DNA of 64,000 nucleotides from Azolla caroliniana. Its lineage: Eukaryota; Plantae; Polypodiophyta. Numbering within the stretch: position 1 is the first letter of the stretch; every line of letters starts with the position of its first letter. The translations under genes and the position numbers were made by a program. Positions 23,181 to 37,133 of this stretch are shown here, piece after piece. The stretch spans positions 4,464,001 to 4,528,000 of the forward strand of contig JBHGNT010000011.1 of the NCBI GenBank assembly GCA_043228905.1, given 5' to 3'. The notes under the pieces were generated by a model. The model was not told the origin of the DNA. It was given only the letters and a program-made list of their open reading frames with translations, and did not search any database.

Positions 23181-26100
23181 CTCTATCCATCGTTCTTCTT
23201 GTTCTTCTTCGTCAAGCTGTGTCGGCTGCAGAGAGGTTCTCAACCCTCGCGCTCTGATACCATGTAGAAAATAGCGTGCGGAAGCAAGTATAAAGACCGA
23301 ACAAAAGGGAGGAAACTCAGGTTTAATGGAGAGCTTGAGCTTACACGGTGTACGCAGGAGAGACAGAGAGAGAGAGACAAAAAACTATATTCAATAATAA
23401 TACTCAGTCTGTATTCACCACTCTATACACATGTGTGTTCCATGAACACTTTTATACAAGTCCTAGAAGGACTGATAGAAGTACTGACAGTACTTCAATG
23501 CTCATCAAGAGCTCCTACACTAACTCCCAAATATATTCCTCACGGAATATCTTTCCTAACGACTTCCCGGTTTACGCACTCGGCCTAACCGATCGGTCCC
23601 AACCGATCCGGTCCTCGGCTTCTTCAGCCGATCCGGTCGATGTTGAGCTTGTCTCTCAACACTAGTCTAGTTTTTCCAAATGGGACAATGTGAATACGAC
23701 CATTATGTACCCGTATTCGACACAAACATGATCTCAACTCTTTGTCAATGGTTATGTTATCGAATAATTCTTTTCTTCAGTAATATATTCTCTAGGGCAT
23801 GCCATAGGATCACTACAAAATCTCAACTTGCACACAACACATTAATTAAGATAAAATCAATTTGCAATATATTATGCCACATCATAGCCCTAAAGCAAGT
23901 ACATGCCCACCCTTGAGCTGTCATTTGTGTTGGAAATAGCGTGGAATAATTCTCCGCCACAACCGAGTCTTGAATCACTTTGTTGAGAATCAAACACAGA
24001 AATGGGGTTGGAGATTAGTACATGTACACACACGAACAATAGAGAGTACACAGGATGTTTACGTGGAAAACCCTAATGGGGAAAAACCACGGGAGCCCAC
24101 AGACTCCAAACTATCACTATATAAGAAAGGTACAATCAGAGACTCGGAGGCAACGAGCTCGAGCTCTGTATCTTCGCCAAGCGGCGGTTACAACAAAGTA
24201 TCTCTCTGCATCACCTCTCTCTCTATACAACAATTATGCACATACAACAATATGACAACACTACCTTTTGTGATTGCCTTAAGTCATATTTATACTCATA
24301 TGAACTTAGGGCTATTTACAAATACAATGCATAAAAATCGGCATTGCTAGTAAAACTAGGATTTCCAGGATGACGGTACTATCCCTCCTCACCGAACTAG
24401 CCTCAATAGGCTTACTCAAAACATATTTACAAATATTTCTTCTCTTCCGGTTCTCACTGGGTCCATCCGATCTGGTTTCCAGATCTCTTCTGGTTCTCAC
24501 TGGGTCCTCTTCATTCATAACCGGATCCCAGCCGGAGGGACTGACTTCCCAACAATCTCCCCCTTCACTCTGGCATGGGATGTCACGTCAACCCGATTTG
24601 CTTTCGGCATGCATCCAGCTTGTCAGTTATCAACACCTCGGTTAGCATATCCGACCTGTTCTCCTCTGTGTGGATCTTCGTTATCACGAACTCTTGATTT
24701 TCTACTCTCTCCCGGAACTAGTGGTTCCTCTGCTGGATATGTTTTGTCCAAGAATGGTAGGCCGCGTTCCTCGCAAGGTGGATGGCACTTTGATTGTCGC
24801 AGTAGAGTTGATATTCCTCATGTTGGGTCCCTCGCTCTCCGATGAATTCCTTCATCCAGATTATCTGCTTGCCGGCTTCCACAACTGCCATGTACTCCGC
24901 CTCCGTGGTTGACAACGCAACCGTCTTCTACAGCCTCGACTGCCACGAAACAGCTCCCCCTGCATAAGCATGACATATTCGGATGTAGACCGGCTAGTAT
25001 CTGAATCAGCCGACATATCCAAATCAGTGAAGCCTTCCAAGAGGGTTTTACCGGAGCCAAATCAGAGGCACATACTCGAGGTGCCTTTCAAATACCGGAG
25101 TACCCACTTTACCGCGTTCTAGTGCTCTCTTCCGGGATTGCTCATGAACCGGCTCACCACTCCGATTGCATATCCGATATCCGGCTGGATACATACCATC
25201 GCGTACATCAAGCTTCCGACGGCAAAGGCATATGGTATTTTCATCATATTTGTCTTCTCTGCCTTTGTCCTCGGACTTTGTTTTCCGAAAGTGTCGATTC
25301 GACGGGTTTCGCCTCCGACATGTTGAACCGTTGAAGCACCTTTGCCACGTACTTCTCCAGTGACAACCACAACAACTTCTTCGACCGGTCCCAGATGATG
25401 TGCATTCCCAATATCTGTCTTGTCGGACCCAAGTCTATCATTGAGAACGTCTGGTTTAGAGCCTTCTTTAGCATCCAAATCTTGTCTTGGTCTCGTCCAA
25501 CGATCAACATATCATCCACATATAGGAGTATCAGGAAATATTCTCCATCAAATTTCTTCACAAACATGCAGTGATCAGCTTGCGTCTTGTGGTACCCTTG
25601 GTCGATCATGAAGGAGTCGAACTTCCGGTACCATTGCCGGGGATCTTGCTTCAGTTCGTATAAGCTCTTCTTCAACCGGCACACCAAATGCTCCTTCCCT
25701 TTCTTCACAAATCCTTCTGGTTGCTACATGTAGATATCCTCTTCCAGGTTACCATGGAGGAACGCCGTCTTTACGTTGTCGTGCCTTTCGGCTCCGGATC
25801 GTTTGCGTGAGTCGGGTGGGAACCACTGGGGTTTTGGACTAGGAAGAGGAGAGTTTTAAGGCTAATAAGAATATAAATATGTTGTAAGAAAGAGTTATAG
25901 CAAACTCGTGAATCCCACGAGTGTATTGTATTAGATTAATCAATATGAATATAAGAATATAAACTTCGGTTGAAAGAGAATGATATAGAATTCTCGTGAA
26001 TCCCACGAGTATAGTTTATTAATTGGTGTTTTTTTAGAAACATATCTAGTTTCCAAATATTTTTCACACACAATTACATTGTGCTCCCCATCCTTATGTA

Positions 26101-26343
26101 GTGATGAGGAAGTCTTAGTAATCCATGCTTTTTCTCTAACTATAGACCCCATGCTTTTCCTATAGATAGACTATATGCTTTATCTAAAGTGATCATGCTT
26201 TTTTCTAACTTGTGCGTTTTTTATCATGCACGCTAGATGTGTATGTGTAGGTTTTTCTTTTGTTATGCGTTTTTCTAATGTTTATCCTAGCGTGAATTTA
26301 CCTTTCTATGTGGGACATCTATGCTTTAACACTAATGAAATGC

Positions 26344-26402
26344 TAGTGTAATGGTAAGACATTACATTATTAACATGGAAGTGCAAGGTTCAAATCTTGC
26401 CC
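26344..26402 (+). promoter_or_regulatory. tRNA-derived Pol III A/B-box cassette in LTR (second copy 29100-29158)
   Basis: TAGTGTAATGGTAAG...GAAGTGCAAGGTTCAAATC, followed by TTTT at ~26419. Confidence 0.7.
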
Positions 26403-26562
26403 TATGCATGTTCCATTTATTTTGCTATTTTCTTCTATTTCTTCATTTTTTATTGAATCTAATACTATATACGTTTTTCACGTAGTGTACAAAATACACT
26501 ACGACACTCACCCCCTCCAAACCCGCACATCCTCCGGTATGTGCCGAAGTTGTTGGTGTTTG

Positions 26563-28494
26563 TTAGTCTCCTCCTTCATCCTCCGTTTGTCCCGCTATGT
26601 CAACTTTGTCTCTCCATTTTGAGTAGACCCATTCTTTCCACCCGAACCATTGTCGCCATCCGATCCACCATATTCTATGTTCGCTTTTTGCATGGCCCGC
26701 TTGGTCCTTGTCATCCGCGGTAGTATCTTTTCTTGCCCTCTTTCTTTTCTTCATCAATCTCGACTTCTTTTCGGATTTTCGGTTTAGTCGGATTAGCTTA
26801 CTTCCGATTCGGTCTCGTCGGATCGTCTTTCGTTTAGTTCGGCTTCCTTTCCGATTTGTATTCGGTCGATCCGGACTCGGTTGATCGGTTTTTACCGATT
26901 CAGTGCTCTTTCGGGTCGGTTTCTTTTCTTTTCTTTTCGTCCGGATTTGCTTTCTTTTCTTCGTTTTCACCTGCCTTGTCCGGTTCGACTTTCGGCACTT
27001 CTTTCCGTTGTTCGCCACGTAGGTCCTCCGATATGTGCTCGTTGTTCGGTCCTCGTGTGGTTGTAATGCATGCTTCTTTTCTCGCCGTAGCGCGTGCTTC
27101 TTTATTCGCCATAACACGCGTTTCTTTATTCGCCGTAGAGCGTGCTCTGTATTACGCGCTTCTCCCGTCGTAAACCCGACCTCCGCATTGTCGCACTTTC
27201 TTTTAGATTGGAATTTCGGATGGATCATTTTCCATCCGAACCGACTTCCGACTTTACCTTCCTCGCCGCCATCTCCCGTCTCTCCGGTCTCACGTTGGTT
27301 CTCGGACACAACCGCCGAAGTCTCTAGATATTGTTGGCATGAATCCTCGGTATTACCTTCTTTCGTAGTTTCACCCTTAGCATTCTTCTCGGCTATCTCT
27401 TCATCGTATTCGTCGGCTTCGACATTCGTTTTCTCTCCGCCACCTTCCGTCTCTTCGGTCTCACGTTGCCTTTCGATCGCAACCGCCGGAGTCTCTGGAA
27501 TCAGTGGTGGGGAAGTCTCGATATGGAAATCCGCCATTGATTCGTCCATAGCCACCTCCGATTCGATTTCGTCTTTTGTGGCTACCTCCTTAATCACATC
27601 CGCTTCACACTCTTTATCTGCATCAATTATGCAAACATCTATTATGCTTACCCCTTTTTGACCCGATGTCTCGGGCACTTGTATCTCGAAATTTCCTTCT
27701 ACACTTGAATTATCGGCCTTATCCTTCGCCATCGTTCTTTCACAAGACGAGTGGGTGTCTTGTTCCACTCTTTCTCCCGTGGTACCATCATGTTGTATTT
27801 CGGCCTTCATATTGGCTTCATCGTTTTTCCTCAATCGACCATCCTTCATGGGCCATGTCGTTGTTGACGAGATTCTCAGCTTCCTTTCATCATGTCTTCG
27901 GCATACCCTTTCGACTTTAGCCCAATCCTCGGTAAGGCCGTTCGCACCGTCATCATCTTCGAGTTCGATCCCAATGTCCATCCTTTCTTTCCGATCGATC
28001 GATCTTACGAACATTAAGACTTTATCTCCTCCCACCAATCTTCGTTCCCGCTCCGAGAGTCGAGCAAAACGATGCTCGAACTCTAGGAACGCTTGCGTTG
28101 CACTTCGGTGAGTCTTCTCCGACGCCACCCATTAGTCGAATTCTCGTCGATCTCGTCCCGTCCATCTCTCATAGTCATATGCCTCCCGTAAAGCTTCTTC
28201 AAAGGACTCCCATGTCGAGTTTTGTTGTTGTATCTTGTGGATTCTCTCTTGTAGTTCGTCCGAGGCCACCCGACTAAAGGATATCACTTGCAATCCTTCC
28301 GGTATCCGATATTGCATCATCTCCGCCTTATATTCACGTAGGTAGCGTGACACACCCTTACCGTTGAATTCCCCGTTTCGTCGCAGAAGCTGCTCTACTG
28401 CCGCCTTCATCTCCGACATCGCTCGTTGTTCTTGTAGCATCCGCTCGAACATCATCATCATCGTTATGCTCATTGCCTCTTGTTGATTCTCCAT
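26563..28494 (-). pseudogene. Gag-derived ORF of about 640 codons with one in-frame TAA (28132-28134)
   Basis: ORFs 28132-28515 and 26563-28128 are in the same frame and homologous to 19707-21335 and to the gypsy Gag (LEDD..ANGL..DW..V). Confidence 0.8.
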
Positions 28495-31400
28495 CTCCTT
28501 GCCACCCGCCTTCACGTCGGGTTCACCAACTGTGTCGTGCCTTTCGGCTCCGGATCGTTTGCGTGAGTCGGGTGGGAACCACTGGGGTTTTGGACTAGGA
28601 AGAGGAGAGTTTTAAGGCTAATAAGAATATAAATATGTTGTAAGAAAGAGTTATAGCAAACTCGTGAATCCCACGAGTGTATTGTATTAGATTAATCAAT
28701 ATGAATATAAGAATATAAACTTCGGTTGAAAGAGAATGATATAGAATTCTCGTGAATCCCACGAGTATAGTTTATTAATTGGTGTTTTTTTAGAAACATA
28801 TCTAGTTTCCAAATATTTTTCACACACAATTACATTGTGCTCCCCATCCTTATGTAGTGATGAGGAAGTCTTAGTAATCCATGCTTTTTCTCTAACTATA
28901 GACCCCATGCTTTTCCTATAGATAGACTATATGCTTTATCTAAAGTGATCATGCTTTTTTCTAACTTGTGCGTTTTTTATCATGCACGCTAGATGTGTAT
29001 GTGTAGGTTTTTCTTTTGTTATGCGTTTTTCTAATGTTTATCCTAGCGTGAATTTACCTTTCTATGTGGGACATCTATGCTTTAACACTAATGAAATGCT
29101 AGTGTAATGGTAAGACATTACATTATTAACATGGAGGTGCATGGTTCAAATCTTGCCCTATGCATGTTCCATTTATTTTGCTATTTTCTTCTATTTCTTC
29201 ATTTTTTATTGAATCTAATACTATATACGTTTTTCACGTAGTGTACAAAATACACTACGACAACGTCTAGTTGCTCTACCTCGAGGTCCATGCTTGCCGC
29301 TATGGTCAGCACTGTCCGGATGGAAGTCATCTTAACTACCAGGGCAAAGATCTCGTCGAAATCCACTCCTTTCTTTTGCTGGAACCCCTTCAACACGATC
29401 CAGCCTTTGTACCTCGGTGGGTTTCCGGCATCTCCCGGTTTTAGCTTGTACACCAACTTGTTCTGGAGTGCCCTCTTTCCTTTCGGCAACTCCGTCAGTT
29501 CATACGTGTGGTTCTCATGCAGGGAATCCATCTTGTCCTGCATGGAACTCAACCACTTGCGACTGTGGGTATCTTTCTTTGCTTCTTCGAAGCTTTCCAG
29601 CTCCCCCTCATCGGTCAACAATATGTGGTCTGCATCTGGAAATCTCCGAGGGGCTCTTTTCTCTCGGAAAGGATATCTCCGTCCTTGGTTTCTGACTTCC
29701 GGTTCCTTCATTTGTTCTTCATCCGAATCCGATTCGGGATCTTGTCCGATTCTGGTGTCTTCTTCTTCTTCGGTCGGTTCGGTTTCTTGTCCGTATCCGG
29801 CCGGTTCGTCGAGTGTCATCTGGTTGCCGGCCAACATCCGGTTTTCAACCGGATAGGACCTTGTGTCCTCAAACCGGTTTTCATTGGATGATCTGGAGTT
29901 CATCATCATCTTCTCTGACTCCCAGTCTGCAATGGTCTTGTCTTCCATGAAGACTATGTCCTGACTCTGGAACACCTTCTTGTCGACCACATCCCACACC
30001 TGGTAACCGAACTCATCATCGCCGTATCCAAGGAATATGCATGGCCTGGACTTCGGATCCAACTTTGCTCTCTTGTCCTTTGCCACATGCACATAGGCGA
30101 GACACCCGAAGACCTTCAGATGCCGGTAAGATACATCTTTACCGGTCCATACTTTCTGCGGTGAGTCTCCTTCCAAGGGTGTTGAGGGTGATCTGTTTAT
30201 CACATAGGTCGCCATCATCAGCGCCTTAACCCAAAACGTCTTGGGTAACTTTGCATATGCCAGCATGCTCCATACTCTCTCCATCACAGTCTGGTTCATC
30301 TGTTCGGCCAACACGTTCAATTCCAGCGTCCTTGGCACGGTAAATTCGAGCCGGATTCCCTTCGACCGGTGTCGTGAAGATCCGTCACTACACGCGGATC
30401 GTGAGGCGGAACTGCCGGGGTTCTGGACCGGAAGGATTCAAAGTCGGTACAAGCTTTGGCGCAAGCTTTAGCCATCGTCGGTCCGGTTTTGGTTGGCCAA
30501 AACCCTTTACGAGTAGCTAGCCCACCTCCACTCTTAGTTCAAGTTACCTTGAACTCTCTATGCTCCATACATAGACACAAAGATAATAGTTTTTACTCTA
30601 CCTTATATATGATGAGAGCCGTATTTGTCGTGCCTATGTGTGATATCTCACAATTTTCTCTTTTCCTTTCACAAACTTTATACCCTCATATCTTGACATT
30701 TAGTTATCCGTTTCTTGTGTAATAAAGTGCATTCGAAACCTCCATCATTTTGTACTTAGATATTAAATTTATTTAAAATGTTATCTTCACAATTTTGTAT
30801 TATGTGATTCATACTCGATTTTGTACGTTTTATGGGATTTTCACACTATTGCCGAAAATCTTCACGACATCCACCCCCACCAAACCGCACGTCCTCCGGT
30901 ACGTGCCAAGAAGAGAGAAAGTGAGATTTCGGCTACGGTGATCAATTAGATTCCTCCATGCCTTCATTTACATCCGCCCTATTATGTTCATTGTCGAGGT
31001 GATCGAGGTCAGGATCCTTGTCTTGTCTTTTCTTGAAAATCTTTACTCTTTTTCCCGCAATGGGTACGACCAACCTTGATCCGTCTAGTTCCGCAAGGTG
31101 GTATGTGGCATTATCGTTGGCACTTGTCACCACATACGGCCCGAACCATCTTCTTGCGAACTTCCTTGTTGTCCTGTGTTGATTGTCAAGGGTGCTGTCG
31201 TAAACCAAAACCCAATCCCCTTCTTCAATCTTCTTGGGATGAAGTCGATGCGTGTTGTCGAACCGAACTTTGTTCTTCAGTCGGGCTGCCTCCATCATCT
31301 TTCGCGCTTTTTCTAAATCTTCAGGTCTTCTTTCAAGTTGCCTTATCCGCACCGCTAATAACTCTTCTCGGCTCATCTCGTTCTCCCACGGTATCGCTAC

Positions 31401-32247
31401 CCATGAGGCGATCGTCCTTTCGATGGGCATAATCGGCTTTTGTCCATACATAAGCTCTGTCGGCATATACCCTATCACCGAGCTATGTGTCGTTCTATCG
31501 GCCCACAAGGCATAGGGTAATAGTCGTGGCCCGACCGTTGCACGCCCGTACGATGGCTTTAACGATAGGTCCATGCCCTCGCTCGATCTTCCCATTCGCT
31601 TCGGGATTGTAGGCAGTCGTGAGGGAGAGCTTCACGCCTAGTCTTTCGAAGAGCTCCGTCGCTTCGTGTGCGTCCAACTCCCCTCGGTCGGCCACTATCT
31701 TCCCTACACATCCATATCGGCAAACAACCTCTTCAAGCAGAAATTTGCAAACGGCTGAAGTCGTCTTATTTGTCAAGGCTTGTCCTTCCACTTGATTTGT
31801 CAAGTCTTCCCTTGCCAGCGCTAAGTACTTCATTTGTCCCACTCCCATTGGCATCGAGACCAGATCCACCATCCATTTGAAGTGTATGGTGAGTGGGTAT
31901 GTCGGCTGTAACTCATCACGATGACGTATATTTGAATATATTTGGCAAGTTTTGCATGTGGACACGAAATGGAGTACATCTTTGTACATGCTTGGCCACC
32001 AATACTTCTCCTTCAACTTTTCGAACGTCGCCCATGTTCCTCTATGACTTGCCCAGGCACTCTCGTGGAATTCGGTCATCAGCGTCTCTTGCTCTTCTTT
32101 CTTTACCACCACTCGATGTGGTATTCCTGTCCTTCTTTTTGGATGTCGCCAAAGGAATCCTCCCTTCAAGAAGTATTGGTAGGTAAGCTTTCTTTCGGAT
32201 TCGTGGGGCCTCCTCCTTTATCAACGAAGCATCTGTCGTCAATGTTC

Positions 32248-33837
32248 TTAGAATCTACCAATGAGTAACCACTCTCCTTCGTACTTGTTCTCGTTGAAGG
32301 CGTGGAGGGTTTGCGTGTCCTGGTCTTCCGCCGACAATCGAGCCATCTTGAAGAAGTCGAGGGCGACATCTTCATCTTCCGAAACCATGTTACTTCCATT
32401 TGAAAATCTTGCCCTCGACAGCATGTCAGCCATGGCGTTCTTCTTCCCTGCAATGTGACGGATCTCTGGGTTTAAAGACTTGATGTAGGCGATCCACCTT
32501 AGCATAGCAAGATCTGGGGTCGCACATCCCGAGACCATTCCGAGAATTGGGAGACAATCTATCTCTATTATCACTTCTGACCTGATCAGGTAATCTTCGT
32601 CCGTCTTTACTGCCAACACAATACCCCAAAGTTCCCGCTTGACTTGGGCATATCTTTGTTGTCGTTCACTGAGAACCTTTGCTCCGAACCGGACGGCATA
32701 TCGCGCATTATCTTCACCTTCTTGATTGATGACCCACCCGATTCCGGTTGGGCTCGTATCTACGGTCACGTAAATTGGTTTCCCTTCGGCATAGTCGGCC
32801 TTCCATAGTGCCGGAGCTTCAAGAAGCAATTTCTTTAATCTTTGCATCGCATTTGTGTGCTCATCTCGCCATTCGAACTTCATTCTTTTCTTTATTAGTC
32901 CATATAATGGTTCGGTGACATGAGCGTAGTGAGGAATCCATATATGATAAAATGCGCACGCTCCAAGGAACCTTCGAACCTCCGTTTGGTTTTCGCATTC
33001 TTCTTTCATGTCTTGGATTGCGTTCACTTTGGATGGCGAGGGCTTCTGGACGTATGCTCCACACAAGTGACCTACCACCAAGATCTCCGGTTGCCCGAAT
33101 GCGGATTTTTCTCCCGAAAATGTCAAATTCGCATCTTCGAGCCTTTGAAGCACCTTCTCGCAATCTTTCATATGATCTGCAACGAACTTTCTACAACCTT
33201 CCTTATCTTTCGATTCATCTTTCTCCTCATCAGACCATCCTTTTATCGGAATATCATCCAAGAATGGCATCGTGATGTCCGGGATGCAATCCTTCAAGAC
33301 TTTATTCATGGCATTCACCATATGAGCCACCGAGTTCGTTGCGCCTTGGGGTAAGGTACACATCCGCACAAGCCCGATCGGAGTCCTCATGGTTGTAATG
33401 TCCCGACTGTCCATCGCCAATTGGAATTGGTCATATCCGGAGTAGAGATCGCCAATGGAGTAGATGAACCGGCCCGCAAACGCTTCGGCAAATTTGTCCA
33501 CGCTCGGACCGATTCCGGCATTTCTAATTGTCACCTTGTTGACGGGTTGAAGATCTTGGATGAATCGCAATGATCCATTCTTCTTCGGCACCGTGAACCA
33601 CCTATTGGAATAAGGAGCATTCGACAGTTCTAGAATTCCCATACTCACCTTCTCCTTTAAGAGCTTGATCAGCTTCGGAAGCTGTGCTCTCGGAACCGGT
33701 ATCGGTTTCAAATTCCAAGGCACATGAGGCACCGTGAAGATCACCATCGGCTCTATAACCTTTGGGTCGGCGCATCCGATTTCTCGTGGGAAGAATGCGA
33801 AAGCCTTCCCATGTCTCTCAAGCATATCGCGAAACAT
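32248..33837 (-). CDS. Gypsy reverse transcriptase and RNase H fragment
   Basis: 529-aa ORF with KKNGSLRFIQDLQPVN, DLYSGYDQ, FLDD and VDTSPTGIG. Confidence 0.9.
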   Translation of the reverse strand: MFRDMLERHGKAFAFFPREIGCADPKVIEPMVIFTVPHVPWNLKPIPVPRAQLPKLIKLLKEKVSMGILELSNAPYSNRWFTVPKKNGSLRFIQDLQPVNKVTIRNAGIGPSVDKFAEAFAGRFIYSIGDLYSGYDQFQLAMDSRDITTMRTPIGLVRMCTLPQGATNSVAHMVNAMNKVLKDCIPDITMPFLDDIPIKGWSDEEKDESKDKEGCRKFVADHMKDCEKVLQRLEDANLTFSGEKSAFGQPEILVVGHLCGAYVQKPSPSKVNAIQDMKEECENQTEVRRFLGACAFYHIWIPHYAHVTEPLYGLIKKRMKFEWRDEHTNAMQRLKKLLLEAPALWKADYAEGKPIYVTVDTSPTGIGWVINQEGEDNARYAVRFGAKVLSERQQRYAQVKRELWGIVLAVKTDEDYLIRSEVIIEIDCLPILGMVSGCATPDLAMLRWIAYIKSLNPEIRHIAGKKNAMADMLSRARFSNGSNMVSEDEDVALDFFKMARLSAEDQDTQTLHAFNENKYEGEWLLIGRF

Positions 33838-36800
33838 TCGCTCCTCTTCAGGGAGAAGGAAATCCTCCTTTCCAACTCATAGCTTCCCCTTCATCTCTTT
33901 GGTGAAGAAATGACCTATCTTCTTTGGATCTCTTAAGCTTGGATCGTTAGCGACTTCCTTCATCTTTTGCCAGCTATCTTCCGGTAGTGGAACCGCAACT
34001 GGCTTGATCTTCTTATCCACCGTTTTATATTTCGTGTTGATGTCAGCTTCTTTCATCGAGATGCCACGACGGTATTCGTCGATGATAGCGTACATGTTGA
34101 CGGAGTTAACCGAAATCACGTGTTGGTTGTGAAGATAGCTCAAGTCCACGACGTCCTCGATTTCACCGATGGTGTCGTTAAATGAGGCTTCTTCCATAAT
34201 ATGAGTCACGAACTCTCCTTCTTCTATTATGTTTTCTTCTTTCAGCATCTTCTCGAATTCTTGTATCCGGCGCTTGTGCTTCTTGTCGGGTAGTACTAGT
34301 TTACATGCACCACTAGGTGTGACACATGTTGCTTCTCCTCGCAATCCACGTACTCTTCTTTCTTGTGGGGTCTTGTGATTGCTCAGACTATTTGTGCCCC
34401 ATGCTTCAATAGTCCGCTCTAAAAATCCGAGGATTCGCCTCCGAGACTATCTCGATTCCTTTCATGATTGGCTCGCACCGTTAGGAATTGGACTGATCTT
34501 TGGTTGTCAAGACTCTTTATTCGTGCGAAGGTTGCTCCATTATCGAACACTTTGGTCTCCATTCGAGATGATGTGATATAAGGTTGCCCTAGGATGACAG
34601 GATGCGAGGTCGATTCTTGTACGAAGAAGTGTTGTTCCATCTCCACATCCCCGATCGTGACTTTGATATTGGGACAAGCTCCGTACAAGTCCTCCGTAGA
34701 CTTTGTTGCCGCGCGAATCTTCCATCCGTGGTTTGTATTGATTGGCCATCTTCCTTTTTTGTAGAAGTTGGTTGATATGAGGTTGATCTCTGAGCCGTGG
34801 TCGATCAAGGCTACCACGGTCTCTTTCTTCTCCCCTATCTTCACCGGCGTCTCCGTTGTCGCTCGTGCCCAATGAGGTCAAGTATAGTGGCTGTCCACCA
34901 TATCTTCATCGACTTCGTCTCTTGCCATCGTTATGGCATTCATTTTTGCTTTTTGCGGCTTCTCTTCTTCCTCGTCCGATTGTTGTCTCTTTCTCTTTAC
35001 AAGGTCCACGATCGTGTCATGGAACTCCTTCTTCGTAATGCCAAGCAATTCCCTCAAGGACAAAGTTATGTGGCTATCAATAACTCGTTCTTCGAGAATC
35101 TTCTTTAGGTCCGTCGTCTGCTCTATGTCCGACCTTAGCTTATAGGTAGGTATAGTCCTTGTCCTCCGAGCGAGGTCTTCGACACCAACCTTCACGGGCC
35201 GAACCGTTTCTTCAACTCGTATGCTCGGCTCCCCTTTTCGGCTTGATTCTCGTTCCTCCGTTTGTAAAGGTCGACTCGTCTCCGCATCATCCTTCTTTTT
35301 CGCGTTCCTTGTTTCATGTCTTTTTTATGGGAATTGCTCTTCTATTCTCTTTCTCTTTTCTTCGACGAACACCTCGTGGTTGTCGCACATCACCTCTGCG
35401 AGTATGGTGTTGTCGTCCACCGGATCCAACCACCCGGTTATGCTTTGCACGCTTCGGTCCGCAAGCTCTACCTCGTTCGATGTGACTTTTCCCTTCTTCT
35501 CATATTCGAGAACGGAAGTCCAAAACTTTGCTCCCGCTCTAGCAGCTTCAGTCTTGTCTTTCCCGACTCTTATTCCGGCCGACGCAGCATAGTGCATCGC
35601 ATCCACATGAGTCGCTTCGGCATCCTCCATAGATTTCTTCATTCCTCCTCTCCCGAAATTCACCTGTAGGGGTCTTCTAGTCTCACTTGAGCAGATCATG
35701 TTGTCCTCTATGTATACGATATTTTGTCGAATCGCCTCTCGAAGGCTCGCACAATCCCTTCTCATGTGGTCCATGCTATCGCACCACACGCATCTAAAGA
35801 GTTCTTTTCCTTTACGGCCCCGACGATTCATGTTGGCTAGCATGACCTTCTCGAACTTCTTCGCTAGCTCTTCAATGATGTCATCATCAATCTTCTTTTC
35901 TTCCACATTACTTTGTCTTGGCGGCTCAGCTACTTTTGGCGGTCTTGCTTTCTCCGCGATAGTCGATCTCGTCAAGTCGGTGTCATCAACCCATTGGCGA
36001 TGCTTGTCAAGCCTATTGCATGCCCACTTCACCGCGATCCAGTCCGCTACGAGCCCATTTGCTTGGGTATCATCTTCGAGAAGAGTCCCCAACTCCCGTC
36101 AATCCTTTATGTCCACGGCCTTCAAGAAGTACAAAGTCTTGTCCTCTTCAAGCAACACTTGGTCCGTATTGGGGAGACGACTAATCAGGGCATGTTCTTA
36201 TTCTTCTTATTCTTCTTCTCTATCCACTTCATCAGGGCATGTCGAGTCATCCTCGTTGAGTCTTCAGTCACAAACTCCGCTAGTATCGTTTTCTCGAACT
36301 CGGACCATGTTGTCTTACCTTCTTGAAGCTCGATGACGCGTCTTTGGATGTTGTTGGCGACAACTCTCTTGAAGCTTGCGATTTGACGTGCCTCGGACAC
36401 GTCCCTCTGATTCATCTCCCTTCTATATGCATCAAGGAACTTCGTAACGTTCCTTCCATCGAATTGGCCCTCGAGCTCTATGACACGATCGATAGCTTTC
36501 TCCACGCTCGCGTCGTTGTCCCGAGATCTCATCATTTGCTCGACGATTAGCATCATCCTTTCGAGCTCTCCCGCTTGGTTGCTTGAGGACGCCATCTCCA
36601 AGTATTAATCTCGACTTGATCCTTCCTACCGCCTCTTTCACGTCGGGTTCACCACTTAATTATGTCGTGAAGATCCATCACTACGCGCGGATCATGAGGC
36701 GGAACCGCCGGGGTTCTGGACTGGAAGGATTCAAAGTCGGTACAAGCTTTGGCGCAAGCTTTAGCGAGAAAGTACTTAAGATAGATTGGGAAAGAGAGAA

Positions 36801-37133
36801 GTTGAGATTAAACAATTGAGAGAGATTGATTGAACTTTTATCTTTGGATTTAAGAAACAAGTTACACGATCAATTTGATAACGAATTTCTTCTTCTTAAT
36901 TTCATAACAAAAAAAAACGTGTTTTTCCTCCTCCCCCTTCCTTCTTTTATAGATGCTCTCATGCATATGATGCATGTGAGGGTACAAGACATGCATAAAA
37001 TGCATGTTTGCCATTTGGCGCTTATGTATTACATGTGGTGCATGATAACCATGTCAGTGACACTCATTTTAGCTCTCATGTATGAGAATTTTACATCTAA
37101 AAGTACAATGATAGAAATATAAATTCAACTAAA

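Larger units (their letters stand above)
15244..23661 (-). mobile_element. Ty1/copia with both LTRs (5' 23263-23661, 3' 15244-15644), tRNA-Met PBS, TSD CTAGT; RNase H partly deleted; carries a nested insertion
   Basis: TG...CA LTR pair of ~400 bp, PBS tggtatcagagc at 23251-23262, PPT at 15645-15655, CTAGT at 15239-15243 and 23662-23666. Confidence 0.95.
14952..23722 (-). mobile_element. Solo LTR (about 350 bp) split by the copia at 15244-23661; TSD CAAAC
   Basis: 14952-15243 plus 23667-23722 align with the reverse complement of LTR 61048-61358. CAAAC at 14947-14951 and 23723-23727. Confidence 0.8.
25777..29262 (-). mobile_element. Second non-autonomous Gag-only LTR retroelement, LTRs 28533-29262 and 25777-26506, tRNA-Trp PBS, 4-bp TSD ACGT
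   Basis: 730-bp near-identical LTRs. PBS at 28511-28528. ACGT at 25773-25776 and 29263-29266. Splits the host RT motif LDV|KTAFLHG. Confidence 0.93.
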
